Source: an uncultured Gemmatimonadota bacterium
Lineage (GTDB): Bacteria > Blakebacterota > Blakebacteria > Blakebacterales > Blakebacteraceae
Length of the DNA stretch: 64,000 bases
Assembly (NCBI GenBank): GCA_964576115.1
Contig: CAZNUA010000005.1
Span: 1 to 64,000 of the forward strand
Reading direction: 5' to 3'
Each line of letters starts with the position of its first letter. Within the stretch, counting starts at the first letter, position 1. Shown piece after piece: positions 47,719 to 57,040 of this stretch. Under the pieces are notes generated by a model. That model was not told the DNA's origin. It searched no databases and saw only the letters and a program-made list of their open reading frames with translations. Position numbers and translations under genes: made by a program.

Positions 47719-50105
47719 CTATTCCCGGCGCAGGGTCGCGGCCGGGTCGAGCCGGGCCAGACGGCGGGCGGGCAGGTAGCTGGCAGCGGCTGCGACGGCG
47801 AGCAGTACGGCGATGACCCCGAGCAGAGTCACCGGATCGAAAGGGGCCACGCCCGAAATGAGGTTCGTGAGCAGTCCCGCTCCCCACGCCGAAAGCAGAC
47901 TGCCGAGTATAAGTCCCACAGCCGCCAGCGTCACTCCCGGCCGGGCGGCGGCGCGCACCGCTTCAGTCGGGGTGGCCCCCAGGGCCACGCGCACACCCAT
48001 TTCGGGGGCGCGTTCGACGACCTCGGTGGCCACCATCCCCCACAGGCCGATCGCGGCCAGCAGGAGCGCCAGGGCGGCGATGACGAGGAGCAGGGAGGCG
48101 TTGAACCGGGGTCGGGCCAGGGAAGCCCGGACCGTTTCCGACAGGGTCGCGATCTCCGCGATCGGCAGCTCGGGATCCAGCGCAGTGACGGCCCGGCGGA
48201 TGGCGCTCATCAGAGCCGGATCGGGACCGGCGGTGCGGAGAACCCAGGCGGGCTGAAACCAGGTGTGGATGAGCTGCAGGAAGGCGTCCGAGGTCTGGGC
48301 CACCGGCAGGTAGATGGTGGGCACGGCCCAGATCGGATCGTCGAGTCCCCAGCCGGCGTTGAGTTGCTGCACATCCCCCACCACGCCGACGATCCGGCGC
48401 TCGGCTCCCGACAGGGTCAGCCGGTGCCCGAGAGCGTTGGTCACCGCCGATCCGTCGTCCAGGTACATCGCGGCAAAGGCCCGGTTGACGAGGACGACCG
48501 GTTCGTTCTCCTCGTCGTCGGCGCTCTCGAGGCGTCGGCCCGAGAGCAGGGGAATACCGAGAGTGGTGAGGTAGCCGGGGGTGATGTAGACCAGGTTGGT
48601 GATTTCCCACTCCCCTTCCGGCGTCGTGCCGGGCAGGCGGAAGGGCATGTTCAAAGCCCGCTCGTAGGGCAGGGTCAGGCCCAGGCCGGCTTCCGTGACG
48701 CCGGGTACGGTCTCCAGGCGCGGCACGCTCTCGGTGATCAGGCGGTTCAGGGCCCCACCGGAGGCGTAGCGGGCGTCATCGAGCGAAACCCGTACCGTGA
48801 CCACTCCCTCGGGATCGAAACCGGGATCGAGCGAGCCGAGATGGGCCCAGGTGCGCAGGAGCAGGCCGGAACCGAAGAGCAGGACGACGACCAGAGCGAC
48901 CTCGACCACCAGAAGGGTGCGGCGCAGACGGTGGCCCGAGCCGGCCAGCACTNNNNNNNNNNNNNNNNNNNNNNNNNNNNNNNNNNNNNNNNNNNNNNNN
49001 NNNNNNNNNNNNNNNNNNNNNNNNNNNNNNNNNNNNNNNNNNNNNNNNNNNNTTCGAGGCCGCGCATGCCCAGCACCCCGACGGCGAAGCCCGCCAGACC
49101 TCCGGCGCCGCCCAGAATCACGCTCTCGGCCAGCATCTGGCGCACGATCGCCCCGGCTCCGCCCCCCAGAGCCAGACGGGTCGAGATCTCGGTCCGGCGG
49201 GCCAGGGCCCGGTTCAGCATCAGACTGGCCAGGTTGGCGGCGCCTACCGCGAGCAGTACCAGCGTCGCTCCGAAGAGGATCAGGAGGGGGGAACGCAGAT
49301 CGAAGGCGAGGCTCTTTTTCAGCGGTTCCAGACCGAGGCGACCCCGTTCGGGAGCCGTTTCGGAGACGGGCGGGTCGAGGGGAACGGCCGCCAGCCGGGC
49401 TTCGGTTTCGGCGGCACTCGATCCCGGCGGGATCCGGACCGCGAACTGGTAGTTGGTGCCCGAGCCCTCACCCGAGGGCGAGGGGCGCAGGGGGGTCCAG
49501 AGATCGGCGGGCGAGCTCGAGACGAAGTCTTCGGGCATGACGCCGATGACGGTGTGAGTCTGGCCCTTGAGCCGGATCGAGCGGCCGAGGATGGTTTCAT
49601 CGGACGCGAAAGCCCGACGCCAGAGGGCGTGGGAGAGGATCACCACCGGCTCGCCGCCGGGGCGGTCCTCATCGGCGCTGAACTCCCGTCCCAGGGCGGG
49701 CGGCACCCCCAGGACCGCAAAGAATCCGGCCGAGACCCGCTGCTGCCGGACGTGATCGGTCAATCCGGGGCCGACCAGGTTCACCCCCTGGACCCAGTCG
49801 CTGAAGGCCGCGCAGGGAATCGATCCGGCGTGCTCGACGAGCCGCTGCCAGGTCCGGCCGTCGTGAAAGTAGCCGCCGGTCGAAAAGCGGCCCTGGAAAT
49901 CGCGTTCGACGACGAGTCCCAGCCGATCGGGCTCGGGGTAGGGCGCCGGACGCCAGAGTACGGCGTCGGCCACCGCGAACACCGCCATGCCGGCCCCGAT
50001 GCACAGCCCGAGGGTCAGCACCACCGTCAGGGTGAAGAGGGGATTGCGGCGCGCCGTGCGCAGGGCCAGGCGCAGATTGCGTCCGGTTTCATCGAGCAGA
50101 GACAT
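47719..50105 (-). CDS. ADOP-type duplicated ABC transporter permease (MacB/FtsX), interrupted by the assembly gap
   Basis: LRLALRTARRNPLFT, VILSHALW, GVMP, ANLASL, RLALGG; after the gap LVVVEVAL, LDPGFDP, VNRAFA, GVRVALGA, PARR...LRRE. Confidence 0.88.
48953..49052. other. Assembly gap (100 N)
   Basis: Run of N. Confidence 1.
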
Positions 50106-50233
50106 GCGGGTCCTCCGCATAGGGTTCCGTCCTGTCAGGCTATGATACCAGGTCTATCAGGGATAGGTTGCTCCGGTCGGGAACCGGCCGCCGGGATACA
50201 GAGAGTCGCTGCAGAATCGGGTGGCGGCGGCGC

Positions 50234-50767
50234 TCAGGCGAAACGCTCGAAACGGTCCTTGTCGACGTGGCAGATGGGGCACTTGCGTGGCGGTTCGGGA
50301 CGCGCGCAGAGATAGCCGCAGACGGTGCAGCGCCAGACCGGCAGTCCCCCCTGGAGGGTGCCGACCCGTTCTTCTTCCTCCTCCGGTTCCTCGCCGCCGC
50401 TCTGCGCACCCCAGCCCCGGGCGCCTTCGGTGCCCCGTCGTTCGGGCACGGGGGCGACTTCCTTCTCCCCCTTGACGATTTCCTGGGTGACATAGAGGGC
50501 GCAGTAGCAGGCGTCGTATTCGTCCAGATCGGGATCGCGGTAGTCGCAGGGGCAGATGATGTCGAGGTCGGCTTCGCGCTCGCCCTCGGCCAGCCGGCAG
50601 GGGCAGGCCCGGTAGCCGTAGCGTTCTTCGTTGGTGAGCAGGCCCTCCATGAGATCGAGTACGAACTCGACGTCGGGATTCAGAAAGTAGCCCGCGGCTT
50701 CGGCTTCGGCCTTGAGCCGCTCATAGAGCTCGACCGCCTCGGGGCTGCGGGTCGCTTCGCCGGTCAT
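50234..50767 (-). CDS. Ferredoxin:thioredoxin reductase catalytic domain fused to rubredoxin (FDR-like ferredoxin:disulfide reductase)
   Basis: YGYRACPCR, ICPCDY and CYCALY motifs; C-terminal WRCTVCGY...CPIC. Confidence 0.9.
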   Translation of the reverse strand: MTGEATRSPEAVELYERLKAEAEAAGYFLNPDVEFVLDLMEGLLTNEERYGYRACPCRLAEGEREADLDIICPCDYRDPDLDEYDACYCALYVTQEIVKGEKEVAPVPERRGTEGARGWGAQSGGEEPEEEEERVGTLQGGLPVWRCTVCGYLCARPEPPRKCPICHVDKDRFERFA

Positions 50768-51015
50768 AGTTCCAGAACCTCCTTCAGACGGTCGGGGTTG
50801 AATCCGACGACCACGGTCTCTCCGTCCACGACGATGGTCGGATAGGAGCCGGCGGGATTGAAGCTCTTGAGTTCTTCTTTCGTGCGGCGGCGCTCGTCGG
50901 GATCGAGCAGATCGACATCCACGAAGTCAAAAGCGACCTCGTTGTCCCGCAGGAATTTCTTGGTCCGACGGCACCAGGCGCAGGTGCTCAGGGCGTACAT
51001 CTTGACCGTCTTCAT
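50764..51015 (-). CDS. Glutaredoxin / NrdH-like redoxin
   Basis: MKTVKMYALSTCAWC...SYPTIVVDG...VVGF; GGAG RBS; overlaps the FDR start. Confidence 0.9.
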   Translation of the reverse strand: MKTVKMYALSTCAWCRRTKKFLRDNEVAFDFVDVDLLDPDERRRTKEELKSFNPAGSYPTIVVDGETVVVGFNPDRLKEVLEL

Positions 51016-51101
51016 CGTGGGGCTCCTCGGTGTTGATTGCTCTGTGATCCTGCCGCCCGGCGGAGTCGGCCCGCCGTTCGTCGGCCCTACAGAATATGTC
51101 C

Positions 51102-51779
51102 TCATCCCCTTCCGGTCGACCCCCGGTTGTTTCTGTGTTTCCACCACCGATCGGCGAGCACGGCCAGGACGATGAACAGAACGGCGCCGATGGCCAGGCG
51201 GGGGCTCAACCCGGTTCCGGCCGAGGCTCCCAGCTGGGCGAAAACGAAGAACCAGGGCAGACAACCGGCGAGCGAGCCGATCAGATAGGGCAGCAACGGC
51301 ATCCGGGTCAGACCGAGAACGTAGTTCTGGGCGCCGATCGGCACGGGCGCGAAACGGGCCAGGAAAGCGACCTGCAGCGCAGAGGCGGCCTCGATCCGGG
51401 TCAGGATCCCGCTCCAGCCGAAGCGCTCGAGCAGGTCGACGACGGCCTCGCGGGCCAGCCAGGCGCTCACGGCGTAGCCAAGCAGGTGAGCGGCGATCCC
51501 GGCGGCGATGGTATAGAGGAAACCGGCCGGCCAGCCGAACACCAGACCGGCGGCGATGACCTGCAGGCTGGTCGGGACCATGAGGTTGGTCAGAATCGCG
51601 CACCCGACAATATAGGCCAGAGGTGCGGACCAGCCGGCGGCGTCGAGCCACGCTTCGAAGGTGGCGGTCGAGAGGGTGACGCCCACCAGGCCGCTGCGCA
51701 GGGCGACTACCGCACCGAGCAGGATTGCCACGAAGAGCACCAGGCGCAGGGTGGCGTGAGGTCGGGGGGCCCGGTTCAC
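51102..51779 (-). CDS. TVP38/TMEM64 (DedA/VTT domain) membrane protein
   Basis: VP...AAGLVFG, LARFAPVP, NYVLG and YLIGSLAGCLP motifs; GTG start chosen. Confidence 0.82.
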   Translation of the reverse strand: MNRAPRPHATLRLVLFVAILLGAVVALRSGLVGVTLSTATFEAWLDAAGWSAPLAYIVGCAILTNLMVPTSLQVIAAGLVFGWPAGFLYTIAAGIAAHLLGYAVSAWLAREAVVDLLERFGWSGILTRIEAASALQVAFLARFAPVPIGAQNYVLGLTRMPLLPYLIGSLAGCLPWFFVFAQLGASAGTGLSPRLAIGAVLFIVLAVLADRWWKHRNNRGSTGRG

Positions 51780-51795
51780 GGGCGGTTCTCCGGCG

Positions 51796-52602
51796 TCAGC
51801 TCTGTTCGAGCCAGGTGCGGGCATTGCGGAACAGGAGCAGACCGGGACCTTCGGCGGGCAGGGTCTGAGCCCGCTGCTGATGCGGCCAGAGGGGATGGAG
51901 CCAGGGGGAGTGATAGGCCTCGGGGTGCGGCATGAGGCCGAACACCCGGCCGGTTGGATCGCACAATCCCGCCATGCCCCCGGGGCTGCCGTTGGGATTG
52001 AAGGGGAACGTCTCGGTCGGCTCGCCCCCGGCATCGACGTACCGGACCGGTACCAGATGCCGGGCGGCAATCTCTTCAGACAACTCGGGTGAGGCGATGA
52101 CGATCTTTCCCTCGCCGTGACGGACCGGCAGGTCGAGAGTGTCCAGACCGCGGGTGAACACACAGGGCGAATCGGGGTCGCCCTTGAGCGTGATCCAGCC
52201 GTCGTGGAAAACCCCCCGGTCGTTCTGGGTCACCGTCACGCTCTGCCCGGCGGCGGGGTCGAGACGGGGAAGCAGTTCCATCTTGGCCAGGGTCTGAAAG
52301 CCGTTGCAGATGCCGAGCAACAGACCGCCCTGGTCCACGAACTCGCCCAGCGACTCGGGCAGACGGGTTCTGAGACGGATGGCCAGGGCCCGCCCGGCGC
52401 CGAGGTGATCGCCGAAGGAAAAGCCGCCGATCAGGATGACCAGACCGTAGCCCGAGAGCGAGACCGATCCGGCCGCCAGGTCGCTGATGTGGACCAGGTC
52501 GGGCTCGAGCCCGGCCTGTCGACAGGCATGGGCCGTCTCCCGCTCGCAGTTCAGGCCGAATCCGGTCGGTATGAGAACGCGCGGGGCGTGTGTCGGCGGC
52601 AT
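51796..52602 (-). CDS. purQ: Phosphoribosylformylglycinamidine synthase glutaminase subunit
   Basis: GLNCERET, GGFSFGD, GICNGFQ, RHGEG, NPNGS and GLMPHPE motifs. Confidence 0.95.
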   Translation of the reverse strand: MPPTHAPRVLIPTGFGLNCERETAHACRQAGLEPDLVHISDLAAGSVSLSGYGLVILIGGFSFGDHLGAGRALAIRLRTRLPESLGEFVDQGGLLLGICNGFQTLAKMELLPRLDPAAGQSVTVTQNDRGVFHDGWITLKGDPDSPCVFTRGLDTLDLPVRHGEGKIVIASPELSEEIAARHLVPVRYVDAGGEPTETFPFNPNGSPGGMAGLCDPTGRVFGLMPHPEAYHSPWLHPLWPHQQRAQTLPAEGPGLLLFRNARTWLEQS

Positions 52603-52662
52603 CTGTTTCCCTCTCTTTTCCGGACTCTCGTCCGACAGCCTCTGCCGTGGCGGCCGGTTCTG

Positions 52663-55600
52663 TTACAGCGCGGCGAAGGGTGCCTGCCACACCTGTTTGA
52701 GGTTCAGGATATCCTCGTCGATGATCCGCTCCCCGTTCCAGGTGAGGACGAGCCGGGGCTCGGGGGTGACGAGGCCGATCGGAGCCAGGGGCTGGTCTGC
52801 GAGAGCCGCCTCGAAAGCCTCGGCCCGGTCGGACTCGACGGTGAAAACGAACCGCCCCGTACTCTCGGCAAAAAGCCGTTCCCAGAGATCGAGCTCGCCC
52901 TCCACCGGTTGGGAATCCAGATCGATCGCGAGACCCCGCTCGGCGCCGAAGGCCATGAACGTCAGGGCGATTGCCAGACCGCCGAGGGTGGGGGTCTTGA
53001 CGCTGGCGGGCAGACCCGCGGCGATGGCCTGGTGGACCGCGATGTAGCGCTCAGCCAGTTCGGCCAGCGGGACGGCCGGTAGCGCTCCCCCGACAGCGGC
53101 GTCGGTCACCGTTTCGGGACCGATGAGCCCGGCCAAGGCGGTATCGGCTCCTTCTACCGGTGCGGTTCCGGTCCAGCCGGAGGTGGTTTCGGCCCGGCGG
53201 GCGAATTCCGAGCCCCCCAGTTCGGCCCGTGTCAGGCCCAGCAGGTAGACGATATCGCCGGCCGCCTTCGGTTCGGGGGTTCGGGCCTGACGCGCATCGT
53301 CGATCCGCCCCATCGCGCTGAGGAGCAGAGTGGGGGGAATGCTGATCTTCACCCCGCCCCGGGTGGAATCGTTCTTCATCGAATCCTTGCCCGAGATCAG
53401 CGGTACACCGTAGGCCACGCAGGCCTCATGCAGCCCCTCGCAGGCCCGGACGAGCTGGGCCAGCTTGTAGCGTCCGTCGGGCGTGGTCTCGCTCTCGACC
53501 GGATCGGGCCAGCAGAAATTGTCCAGGGCGGCGATCGTCCCGGGGCGCGCCCCGGCGGCGACGAGCCGGCGCACCGCTTCGTCGACCACGACCAGGGCCA
53601 TACCGCGGGTATCGATGTCGCTGTAATAGGGGTTGATCCCCTCGGCCAGGACCACTCCCTCGGGACGATCGTAATCGACCAGGAAGACGGTGGCGTCGGC
53701 CGGAGTGTCGGCGGCGATTCCGGTCAGGGGCTTGACGACGGTGCGGGCTTTGACCTCGTGGTCGTACTGCCGGCAGGTGTATTCCTTGCTGGCCAGATTG
53801 GGGGCGGTCAGCAGGTCGCGGAGGACATCGCCCGGGGTTGCCTCGATCGGCGGCAGGGGACGCACCTGCGGTGCTTCCCAGCGGGCCGGCAGGACCGGCT
53901 TGGGCCAGCCGTCGTGCAGGAACTCCATGTCGAGCAGGGCCACCGTCCGGTCGCCGTAGCGGACATGGAAATAACCCGAGGCGGTGAATTCCCCCAGCGG
54001 TGTGGCCTCGACCTCGCGCCGGGCCGCCAGGGACAGGAAAGCCTCCAGTTTCTCCTGCGGCACCCCCACCGTCATCCGTTCCTGGGCCTCGGACAGCAGG
54101 ATCTCCCACGGCATCAGACCGGGGTATTTCAGGGGCGCGCGGGCCAGATCGAGTTCGGCTCCGCCGGTAGCCCGGGCCATCTCCCCCACGCTCGAGGACA
54201 GACCGCCGGCGCCGTTGTCGGTGATCGTGGTGAACAGACCTTCGGCCAGGGCCTCGAGCAGGAAGTCGGTCATTTTCTTCTGGGTGATCGGATCGCCGAT
54301 CTGGACCGCCTGGCTGGGGGACTCGGCGTGCAGTTCCTGACTCGAGAAGGTGGCCCCGTGGATGCCGTCGGCTCCGATCCGGCCTCCGACCATGACGATC
54401 GCATCGCCCGGGTGCACGATTTTCTCGTGCGAGGGCGAGCCGTCGGGCAGAGCGGCCGGCATGATACCGACCGTGCCGCAGTAGACCAGGGGCTTGCCGA
54501 GATAGCGTTCGTCGAACAGCTCCCACCCCCGGCCATAGGGGATTCCCGACTGGTTGCCGCCGTCGATCACGCCCTGGTGCACCCCGTCGCGGATCCGACG
54601 CGGGGGCATCAGTCCTTCGGGTACCTCGCCCTCGTAGAAGGGCGACGCAAAGCAGTAGCCCCAGGTGTTGATGAGCAGGTCGGCCCCCCGCCCGGTTCCG
54701 AAGGGATCACGGTTCACCCCCACGATGCCGGTCATGGCCCCGCCGTACGGGTCGAGCGCGCTCGGGGTGTTGTGCGTCTCGACCTTGTAGACCAGGTTGG
54801 TATCGGGGGTGAACCGGATCACCCCGGCATTGTCGGTAAAGACCGACAGGAGCCAGTCCGCAGCACAGGAAACCACCTCGGTCGCGCCTCTGATAAAGGT
54901 ATCGAAGAGCCCGGGTATGCTCCGGCGCTCGTGGGCGACGGTGTCCTCGTAATCGAGGGTGGAGTTGAAGATCTTGTGTTTGCAGTGCTCCGACCAGGTC
55001 TGGGCCAGGGTTTCGATCTCGACATCGGTCGGTTCGGAACCCAGGCCGTGGACCCGGCGAGCGGTGGCCTGTTCGGGAGCGGCGAAGTGATCGCGGATGG
55101 CGTGCAATTCGCCCGGGGTCAGGGCCCACAGACTCGAGCGGCTCAGGGCGATGAGTTCGTCATCGGGCAGGGCCAGGTCGATCAGGGCGACCTCGGGCTC
55201 GTACCGCGACGTGATGCGGGGCACGCCGGTATCGGGAGTCTGCGTGCGCCACTCCTCGTAACTGTGCAGTTCGATCGATTGGATGAGAGGATTGGCGAGA
55301 ACGTCGACGGCGATTCTCATGGCCTGGTCGCGATCGATCTCGCCCCGTATGAGATAGAGAACCGAAGCATAGACCGCTTCGTCCTCGGCCAGGGGGCGCC
55401 CCACGACGTCGGCGACCGCCACCCGGGCTGTCGAACCTACGTTGTCGGTCACTCCCGGTTTGTAGCCGACCCCGATGGCCCAGGTGAAGGGCTCGGCCGG
55501 CGCACACCCGAGCCGGGCCTGCTGTACGACCGGATCCTCGAGGGCGGCGACAACGAGTTCCGGTTCGGTCCCGGTGAGGTCGCAGTCGAGCAGGTAGACA

Positions 55601-55755
55601 TCGCGGCTCTCCACCCCCGTCAGCTCGAGGTCGAGATCGCGGCGACAGCGGTGAGCGGCGGCTTCTCCCCGCGGGTCGCGGGCGCCGGGCAGGGGGGCGA
55701 TCTCGAGGCGGAAAGGTCGTTCGCGGGGCGGGGTCGGCGGCATCGATTGAGTCAC
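52663..55755 (-). CDS. purL: FGAM synthase PurL with N-terminal PurS-like extension
   Basis: QTWSEHCKHKIF, KVETHNTPS, DGIHGA, DNGAGG, SEAQERM, QYDHEV, LDNFCW and ISGKDS motifs. Confidence 0.95.
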   Translation of the reverse strand: MTQSMPPTPPRERPFRLEIAPLPGARDPRGEAAAHRCRRDLDLELTGVESRDVYLLDCDLTGTEPELVVAALEDPVVQQARLGCAPAEPFTWAIGVGYKPGVTDNVGSTARVAVADVVGRPLAEDEAVYASVLYLIRGEIDRDQAMRIAVDVLANPLIQSIELHSYEEWRTQTPDTGVPRITSRYEPEVALIDLALPDDELIALSRSSLWALTPGELHAIRDHFAAPEQATARRVHGLGSEPTDVEIETLAQTWSEHCKHKIFNSTLDYEDTVAHERRSIPGLFDTFIRGATEVVSCAADWLLSVFTDNAGVIRFTPDTNLVYKVETHNTPSALDPYGGAMTGIVGVNRDPFGTGRGADLLINTWGYCFASPFYEGEVPEGLMPPRRIRDGVHQGVIDGGNQSGIPYGRGWELFDERYLGKPLVYCGTVGIMPAALPDGSPSHEKIVHPGDAIVMVGGRIGADGIHGATFSSQELHAESPSQAVQIGDPITQKKMTDFLLEALAEGLFTTITDNGAGGLSSSVGEMARATGGAELDLARAPLKYPGLMPWEILLSEAQERMTVGVPQEKLEAFLSLAARREVEATPLGEFTASGYFHVRYGDRTVALLDMEFLHDGWPKPVLPARWEAPQVRPLPPIEATPGDVLRDLLTAPNLASKEYTCRQYDHEVKARTVVKPLTGIAADTPADATVFLVDYDRPEGVVLAEGINPYYSDIDTRGMALVVVDEAVRRLVAAGARPGTIAALDNFCWPDPVESETTPDGRYKLAQLVRACEGLHEACVAYGVPLISGKDSMKNDSTRGGVKISIPPTLLLSAMGRIDDARQARTPEPKAAGDIVYLLGLTRAELGGSEFARRAETTSGWTGTAPVEGADTALAGLIGPETVTDAAVGGALPAVPLAELAERYIAVHQAIAAGLPASVKTPTLGGLAIALTFMAFGAERGLAIDLDSQPVEGELDLWERLFAESTGRFVFTVESDRAEAFEAALADQPLAPIGLVTPEPRLVLTWNGERIIDEDILNLKQVWQAPFAAL

Positions 55756-56149
55756 GGCTCAGCTCCTCTGCATCATGGGGCCAACATACTCCCTGCCTCC
55801 GGCCGATTCCACTCCAACGGAGAGGGAAATGCCGGGTGAGCCGCGGCCGGCTCCGGGATTGCGGTTCCGGCGACGTTCCGGCTCGCCTGCGCCGGGCGGC
55901 TGCCGGTCCGGCTTTCGGTGATGACGGGGAGGTTGCACGACCATCGAAGCCGACCGGAATTGTTACAATACCGTACAAGATAAAGAACAATAATGTATCA
56001 TAGTTACGTATACGTACTATATTTTCTTCCCGCCGGGTCGGATAGGACAGCCGGGAGAGATCCGCAGCAAGGCCGCCTGATCGCGTAAGATGTTGTTCGG
56101 TAATGTGTTGGCCGGAGAGCACGGTTGTCGATCGGGCAGGCGGAGAGTT

Positions 56150-56166
56150 CTGGCACAAAGCTTGCG
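56150..56166 (+). promoter_or_regulatory. Sigma54 (-24/-12) promoter
   Basis: CTGGCACAAAGCTTGCG, an exact GG-N10-GC, about 105 nt upstream of 56271. Confidence 0.8.
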
Positions 56167-56270
56167 ATTATGAGAGCCGGGAATCGGAGAGAACGCATGG
56201 TTGCCGCGGCCGGGAACGGTCGCTCGATCCGGTCCCCGAATGAGTGATTGTGAAGAGGAGGGTACACGAG

Positions 56271-56855
56271 ATGAGCGCAGCCGTGGCCGCACAGATCGAT
56301 CGCCGGGTGCAGGCTCGCCGCCTGCGCTGGCGCCTGGTCGCAACCGGCGGAATGATCATCGCCCTGACCGGCATCCTGGCCGGCGCCGCCGATCTCTCCT
56401 CGGTCATCCCTCTGCCCACCTGGGGGCTCGGAGCTGCGGCTCTGGCAGGACTTGCTCTCATGACCGGCGCCGGCCTCAGGCTGCTGGCGCTGCGCAGCTC
56501 GACCCGGGGGGACAAAGCCCAGCCGGCGGCCGCAGCGGGGGAAGTCTCCGAGGCCTGGACGGCTATCAGCCATGCCTTCGAAGGCCTGAGGACGGGCGCG
56601 ATACCGATCCTCATGCCTCCGGTGGAAGCGGTGAGCAGCGAACGGGAAGCATTCGAGCGGGGTAACGAAGCGTTTCAGTTCCTCGCGAGGCGCCAGAAAG
56701 TTGTGAGGGCCGCGATCGACGAGCTTCGCGAGGAACTGAACATCTATCACCGGTATTTGACAAAGAGTCAGGTCGGACTCATCGGAGCCAATAGCGTCGC
56801 GGAGCGGCTTGAGGACCTTGACAAGCGGCTGGCCAAGATCCGTTCCGTGGTGTGA
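56271..56855 (+). CDS. Hypothetical 2-TM protein with C-terminal coiled coil
   Basis: GAGGAGG RBS; two hydrophobic helices; heptad-like tail. Confidence 0.65.
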   Translation: MSAAVAAQIDRRVQARRLRWRLVATGGMIIALTGILAGAADLSSVIPLPTWGLGAAALAGLALMTGAGLRLLALRSSTRGDKAQPAAAAGEVSEAWTAISHAFEGLRTGAIPILMPPVEAVSSEREAFERGNEAFQFLARRQKVVRAAIDELREELNIYHRYLTKSQVGLIGANSVAERLEDLDKRLAKIRSVV

Positions 56856-57040
56856 GGCTCCGACCTTTCGGACGCACGAGTTTGGTCGGGAACGGTTAAG
56901 CCCTGGGAACCGGAACCGCTGGACTGGTGTGGGAACGCGTCCCGGGACGGAGAGGATTGCACCCCCTCTCCGACCGGGGCGCGTTTGTTTTGTGCGATCC
57001 GCAGCGGCACTTCGGTACCGGCCGGCCGCAGCCCGCGGCG

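Noticed and set aside
47719-50120. Apparent frameshift or split of the permease (pseudogene?)
   Set aside because: The frame change coincides with a 100-N placeholder gap, and both halves look intact.
53428-55839. 803-aa plus-strand ORF
   Set aside because: Antisense shadow of purL.
55756-55960. Purine or ZTP riboswitch upstream of purL
   Set aside because: The minus-strand sequence shows no recognisable consensus by eye; an Infernal scan would settle it.
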